Source of the DNA: Octopus vulgaris
Taxonomy: Eukaryota
Assembly (NCBI GenBank): GCA_951406725.2
Contig: OX597814.1
Location: 17,794,001-17,858,000, forward strand
Direction of reading: 5' to 3'
DNA length: 64,000 bases
Shown: one piece after another, positions 57,335 to 64,000 of the stretch
How positions within the stretch are numbered: the stretch's first letter is position 1
How the letters are laid out: every line of letters begins with the position of its first letter
The notes under the pieces: model-generated
Databases searched by the model: none
What the model was told of the DNA's origin: nothing
What the model saw: only the letters and a program-made list of their open reading frames with translations
Made by a program: the position numbers and the translations under genes

Positions 57335-59622
57335 CAGCAGCAGTAGCAGCAGCAGCAACAGCTGCAGCGATGGTATTGATGGAAGTGGTAGTGTGCTATC
57401 GCTGGTAGATGTTATTGTTGTTGTTGTTGCTGGTGGTGGTGGTTGTAGTGGTGGTTGGTCGGTCGGTCGTTAGTTGGCAAACGACAGCGGCGGCGTCGTC
57501 ATAAGTAATCTCAAGATTTTTAGAAATATAATTTATTCACGACACGTACGAAGGTGATGTTTGAGAGGAGCGGGGGTTGATTTGTTCACAACTTCCTGTC
57601 AAATAACGATCAGATCATTTACTATGGACCTTTCTCTCTCAATAACAATAAATATCATCGGAAGTGTTCTCTATCTTTGGTTTCTCTTTCATTTGATTTC
57701 TCTTTACTTTCTTTCATATTTTCATTTATATTTTCTTTGGCCTTTTTTGTTTTTCCATTTTGTCTCTCCTTCACTACTATCTCTAACCTCGTCTTTACCC
57801 TCCATGTATATACAATTTAGTCTTTCTCCCACGTCTTACAACAAACACTTTCCTCTGTCTTTAACAAACACTTATCTTACAAACGCTCAAATACTTATAT
57901 ATCTTTAACAAATACACGGAACATTACTTTGAACTTATTTTCATTCTCGGGAGAGTACTTCCACCTCCAGTCAACCTAACACTCCCGGCAGTCCTGCTCT
58001 GGTTCACTTCACCACAAATATCACTGCGCTAACACTTAATTGTCGAAACCAGTTTCACGTGTTAACGGGGGAGCTGCCTTACACTTGTTCAGGTCGCTAG
58101 AAATAGCAAAAAATTATTCTATAATCAGATGAAAAATAAAAAGGTAAATGAAATAGAGTGTAATTTAAACGCGAACAGTTTATATTCAGATTGTATAGAA
58201 AATTCTCCCACTTATAGCCGTTTTATATTATCATTTAGTACCAGCCATTTTCGGAATTAAGTGAGTTGGTGCAGAATTAAGGTTGGTCTTCATTGATCAC
58301 AGTCTTTTCTTTGGTTTTTGATAAGTTTGTATATATTCGTGTATTTTATTCATTTTACTCGTACTATCTTAGTACAATGTTCTTTTTTTCATTAATCTGT
58401 ATCAATTTCTCATTCGCACGATTTCACACGATACGAAATTGTACATTTCTCCATTTTTTTTTCCTCATAACCCCTTGCGAGTTTCAAATGTTGCCTTCCA
58501 AAGTAAGTTGACTTCGGTGAATTTTTTTTTAGTATCAGCTGAAATCCCTGTCCAATCTCTAGAAAACCAAACCTCCCTAATAGGATTCTATTCCGAAACG
58601 AATACTATAAAACTTGCCAGAACTTTTCTCAGATTTCAAGAGAAATTTGTACGTAAGTAGGATCAGCATGGATTCGCACATAGTCACCTCTATGCATAGA
58701 GATGTGCGCACGAGTGTGCGTATGTGTATGCCTTGTGTATATATAAGTTTGTATATATGTATAAATCTCTCCTCTCTATGTGTATATATGTATATACGCG
58801 TATGTACACACACATGTATGCATACATATCTACACACGGATGCACATACGAGTATATATGATACACATATCTATGGATGTGAATGTCAGTAAGCCAACAA
58901 TATAATTTTTTTAACTAAATTATTTTGGCTATTTCTTTTTTTACACATTTACTGAGTGTTAAGAAACCCAATCTGTTTTGTTTTGTGTTTATTTATCAAA
59001 GTTGGAATCCCAAGACACAACATTTTGATTTGACCGATCTCATTCATCCTGGGGTCGCGAATATCACTGTCAGTTTTCTACACTGGTGGAACCGTTTGGT
59101 TGTATCTCCTTTCTCCATTATAACGGTTGACATATGCTTGATGAAAACTTTGTTCCTTTAGAATAATAAATGGAGATCCTTTCTATGTCTATTGGCATAA
59201 GAGGTAGTAGTTGTAAAAGGGGGAATAACGATAGACATCTCCGATTATGGAAAAGCATGTAGTAAATCGTTATATTTGTGAGTGAGTTACATAACTTGGC
59301 TTGAGATAAATCTATACTGCCTGATATATATACCTTGTTGTCAACGTGTCAGTGTGTGTGTGTGTGTGTGTGTCCTCTTGAAATAGACATCTGTCTAATT
59401 TTAACAGTTTCCTCGGGACTTGTCGCTAATTGCATGCGCATATTACTTAGGTATATGATTAGTACGTAAGTAATGGTCGTCTTGAAACAGCTGTCGAGAT
59501 GAGAATTTACGTAAATCGTTTTTGCTATTTTTTCTGTATTTTGCTTCGAATTTGAATTCTAGAGCCTAACTGTGTTTATCTACTTTACTATCTCCCCACC
59601 TCTCTCTATCTATCCATCTCTG

Positions 59623-59697
<75 letters not shown>

Positions 59698-60979
59698 ATG
59701 TATGTATGTATGTATGTGTGTATATATATATGTGTGTGTGTATGTGCGTGTGTGTGTATAGAATAATATACGTATGATTGTATATACATTCTGCAAATTG
59801 TTTTAAAAATTATTGCAGTTTACGACTAAGCTAAAGTCTTATACTATTGTGTCTGGGGAGAGGCATTTTCTTTTTGTGCCTTATTATGTAACACACTCAC
59901 CAGACACAATAGAATATGCTTCAACACACGAACTCATTTAAAGAATCTTGCAAACCAAATCCGAAAACGAAATAAAGTCTTATATTTAAGTAAAATATAT
60001 AGTACTATACTTTAATTAAAGTAATTTTTAGATTCCCGAAAAGTATTTTGAATATAAAACCAAAATTCATAATTGCTCCACTACCGTACAACCAGAAATG
60101 CAAATCAGAGTGGTTAGATTATGTTGTTACAATTGCATTATATCTGGATAAAATTATGAAGGAATGGGTATGGAAGATTCGAACGACTCTACCGCAAAAA
60201 TGTAAGAAAAATTATAAGTGCTGATCATGGTCTGAACTACCTCCGTCACCATAAAAGAAAAACAAAACTGTATTAGGTAAGGATTTCACAGCATTCAACA
60301 ATAGCTTTAACAAAAATCATGAAAGACGAAGGAATGACAAGAAAAATGAACTAAATGCGACTATCTACAGCTGTCTTTATTGATAACGTTATGTTGCATA
60401 CATTCCTTATGATTTCGTAAAATGTAATAACATTTTATTGAGCTACATATCAAATTTTCATTTAGTTTTCAGTACAAAGTGGGTAGTAATATATCCTCAA
60501 GTGAAAAAAAAAAATGATTGATTTATTGACAAGGGTATTTCACACGAGCCATTGATATCAGGTCATGGTGACTAAACTGAAAATGTCTCAACCATTGCTG
60601 GTGTAGCTAGAAGAAACTTTCGACCTCCGCTTCTGAAGCTGCGGTATGTCGTCTACAGTATACTATGGTATGATATTTGTAATGGTGGTATTAATGATGT
60701 CGCAGAAACTTGGTGCTACAGCAGCTGATGAAAATTTGAATGGTATCAACGTCAAATCTCCGTGTTCAAAATTTAAGTAAAAATCTCTACAAAGTATTAG
60801 TACCTACACCTTCCTACCTACCTGCCTACCTACCTACCTACCTACCTACCTACTTGCATTATAAATTTTTGCGATCAAAGTATCAAGTAAGATATGTGAA
60901 ACAATATTTCACTCTTCTATAATTCGGTTTTGAAAAAGGTCTTCAAGAATTTTTCAAACACACATATATATATATATTA

Positions 60980-61278
60980 CTAGCAGTTTCGCCCGGCGTT
61001 GCTCGGGTTTGTAAGGGAAATAACTATATAAGCATTTTTAGAGAGTTACTTCCCTTATATAATAGCAAAAAAATGAATTAAAAATGGGAAAAAACGATGG
61101 TAATTTTTTTTTTAAATCGTAGACTCATCGTAGCCGCGCGCTAATACCCAGAAGGGCTCGATATGAATCACGACTATAAGATACCCGCTTTTGGTTAAAC
61201 TGCACCGCAAAATGTGGGAGTAGTTAGGAATCTAAATAATAGGAGATAAACACACAACTTCACTTTTATATATAAAGA
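60980..61278 (-). mobile_element. Non-autonomous Helitron, same family as 8573-8969
   Basis: Same TC and hairpin-CTAG ends, A|T insertion site; one copy of the internal ~100-bp unit. Confidence 0.85.
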
Positions 61279-61532
61279 TATCTTATTATATTATACTATG
61301 TTATATTATATTATATTATAGTATATTATATGGAAACGATGATTTTTAAAACTAGTCATGTTGCATTCCAGATTTGTGATTCTCGCTGATGGGTTTTAAG
61401 AAGTAATAATATTTATACATGCTTATACGTGACATACATAAGTTTATGTTCCAGTGTGTGGAAACAAAGATTCACCAAATCCCGGTAGCACAGAAATTTG
61501 GCAGGAGTTACTTGCTGGATGTGCGCGTGTAA

Positions 61533-61619
<87 letters not shown>

Positions 61620-62166
61620 TGTGTGTGTGTATGTATGTGTGTGTGTGTGTGTGAATATGCGTAGGGAAGTTTTATTTCAACGTTCCCTGGATAGTATGTA
61701 TGGTGTAAGGAACTTAGAAAGCATTAGACCAACCTATTTAAGGTAAGTGATTTCCAGGAAGTTAAACTCGACCTTGGTTATCTCATTGGGATATTTCTCA
61801 CTAACGAGTCTGTAGATTACAACACGTAGCTCATACACTGCATAAATGCTAGGGCCAAGATGATAATAAAAAAAATTGCTTTCAACCTATATTTCCATGA
61901 ACAGAAAGAAAAATAGGCAGAGAAATTGCGGAGCAAGAATGAAAGAAAGTGATTATAAACAATATGAATGATGTGTTTACACACTAAGACACACACACAA
62001 ACACGCACACACACACACGCACATACACACACACACACGACAAGTTTCTTTCAGATTCCATCTATCAAATCCACTCACAAGGCTTTGGTCGACCCGAGGC
62101 TAAAGTAGACACACTTGTCGAAGGCGCTGCACAGTGAGACTGAACTCGGAACGATATGGGTGGGAA

Positions 62167-62338
62167 CTCGTTGCGTTCTGAGTTCAAATTCCGCCGAGGT
62201 CGACTTTGCCTTTCATCCTTTCGGGGTCGATAAATTAAGTACTAGTTACACACTGGGGTCGATGTAATCGACTTAATCCGTTTGTCTGTCCTTGTTTGTC
62301 CCCTCTGTGTTTAGCCCCTTGTGGGCAATAAAGAATCA
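62167..62338 (+). mobile_element. 5'-truncated SINE C nested in a minus-strand SINE D (about 62030-62387)
   Basis: 14-bp TSD gatatgggtgggaa at 62153-62166 and 62339-62352; D sequence is continuous across the insert. Confidence 0.9.
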
Positions 62339-63098
62339 GATATGGGTGGGAAGGCAAACCTCCTACCACACAACTACGGCTGCACCCATGTACATCTGTT
62401 GTACACAATGTATTGAGTGCTTTCTCCCTTCGACTTACGAGTGAAAATTAACATGCTTACTAACATACATACACACACATACATGTGTGTGTGTGTGTGT
62501 GCGAGCGCATAAGAGTGTACCTGTTTGAAAGAAAGGAGGAAACCAAGAGGTTTATATGTTTGTATGTCATCGGCCTCATTAATCTTCCAATGTTGTGATA
62601 GGTGATTCAAGTCGGTCATATGCTAGTCTCTGGAGGACGTGAGTTCCATCTCTATCCTCCTGCATCCACACTTAGACACATATTTTTTAAACTGCTTTGT
62701 ATATTTATATTTCCTTGTCTGTATATCTTATCCCTCTCTTCACCCTCTCTGTCACCCTCCCTTAGCACACCAATACTAAAGTGCATGTATGTATGAGTGT
62801 ATATATATGAGCGTATTTGTGCGTGTCCTTCTGCCTTAATGCGTGTGTCTTTTTCCCCTTGAATGTGCGTGAGGTTGCGTGTGGTGACTAATTATCATAA
62901 TCTTATGCTCAATATTTCTCATCAACATCTTCATAAACATCGACTTCGTCAACATTGTTGTTGCTGTCGTTGTTGTTGTCAGTCTTGTTAATACACCATG
63001 GAACAGGTCAGATGACACATTAATAAAACTGTAAAGCAGGTAAGTCATCGGCAGGGGTGGGTAGGGGGCGAATTTGGAATATATCTAGTATGGGTGTA

Positions 63099-63281
63099 TT
63101 GGATTATCAGCGTAGTTCGGTCCAACCCTCCAGAATATATACTAGAATATATCTAATATGTGTGTATTATATGTTAACGAAAGACCTAAATTTCTAAGTA
63201 ACAGATATATATATATATATATATACTAATAACACTAATAATACTTGGATTATCAGCGTAGTTCGGTCCAACCCTCCAGAA
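63099..63281 (+). repeat. 37-bp perfect direct repeat pair
   Basis: ttggattatcagcgtagttcggtccaaccctccagaa at 63099-63135 and 63245-63281. Confidence 0.95.
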
Positions 63282-63384
63282 GCTTGTATCGCAAGTTGGC
63301 ATCATTAATTGCCATAACAGAAGAGAATCTTTTATATGCATTTTCAAAACCTTTCCCGTAAACAAACTTAAAGGATATATTCTT

Positions 63385-63600
63385 TTATTCTTTTATTATT
63401 TTACTTGTTTCAGTCTTTTGACTGCGAACGGCCATATTGGAGCATTGCCTTTAGTCGAACAAATCAACGTCAAGACTTATTCTTTGTAAGCTTAGTACTT
63501 ATTCTATCGGTATCTTTTGCCGAATTGCTAAGTTATGGGGACGTAAACATACCAATATCGGTTGTGAAGCGATGGTGAGAGGACAAAACACAGACACACA
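63385..63600 (-). mobile_element. SINE family D, 3' half
   Basis: ttttacttgtttcagtc...agtacttattctatcgg...acacagacacac blocks. Confidence 0.8.
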
Positions 63601-64000
63601 AATACATACATACATACATACATACATACATACATACATACATACATACATACATACATACATACATACATACATACATACAAAAAGGTCTCAGAACGTG
63701 TTTCCTTTTTATATTTCTACTGCATAATAAACAACGAAGAGAATGGGGTAAGATTTCAAATAGGAATGACAATGGACGTAAATAATGTCGTTCTCGCTGC
63801 TTCTTTCGCGCTAAAAGACAAAACATCACATGGTATAACGTCATCTTGTATTCTATCTTAATCAACTTTACGAAATCTGCGTACCCAAATTACTGGATGG
63901 CATGTGAAAACATGGCAGAGAATTAACAACAAAACTCTAAATATAACTTCATGCTATAATATATATATATATATACATAGAGAGAGAAAAAGAAACAGTG

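Noticed and set aside
63099-63281. 37-bp direct repeats as a CRISPR array
   Set aside because: Only two units with a 109-bp spacer, eukaryotic context and no cas genes.

Overview
AT-rich, microsatellite-saturated animal genomic DNA. The repeat landscape (tRNA-derived SINEs, dense TA/CA/TATG/TATC/TAA arrays) looks like a coleoid cephalopod, most likely Octopus; this is inference. I can support only one host coding segment: a 203-bp internal exon (46448-46650, +) encoding the second LIM domain of an Lhx1/5 (Lim1) LIM-homeobox gene. Neither neighbouring coding exon was found, so almost the whole window is probably intron. Nearly all ORFs in the supplied track are microsatellite translations. The rest is mobile-element material: several tRNA-head SINE families (labelled A-D here, many with readable target-site duplications), three non-autonomous Helitrons, a MITE, a decayed Tc1/mariner, 3' ends of R4/Dong-like and CR1-like LINEs, and a non-coding element (labelled E) whose 3' end always runs into (TAA)n. 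Most notable: a (TAA)n landing-pad system of Dong-like ends plus element E; all four head/tail combinations of two SINE modules; a ~104-bp duplication flanking a SINE just upstream of the exon acceptor; a 69-bp mini-SINE with an intact TSD; and a degenerate hammerhead-ribozyme-like fold. No database searches were run, and family letters are my own labels.
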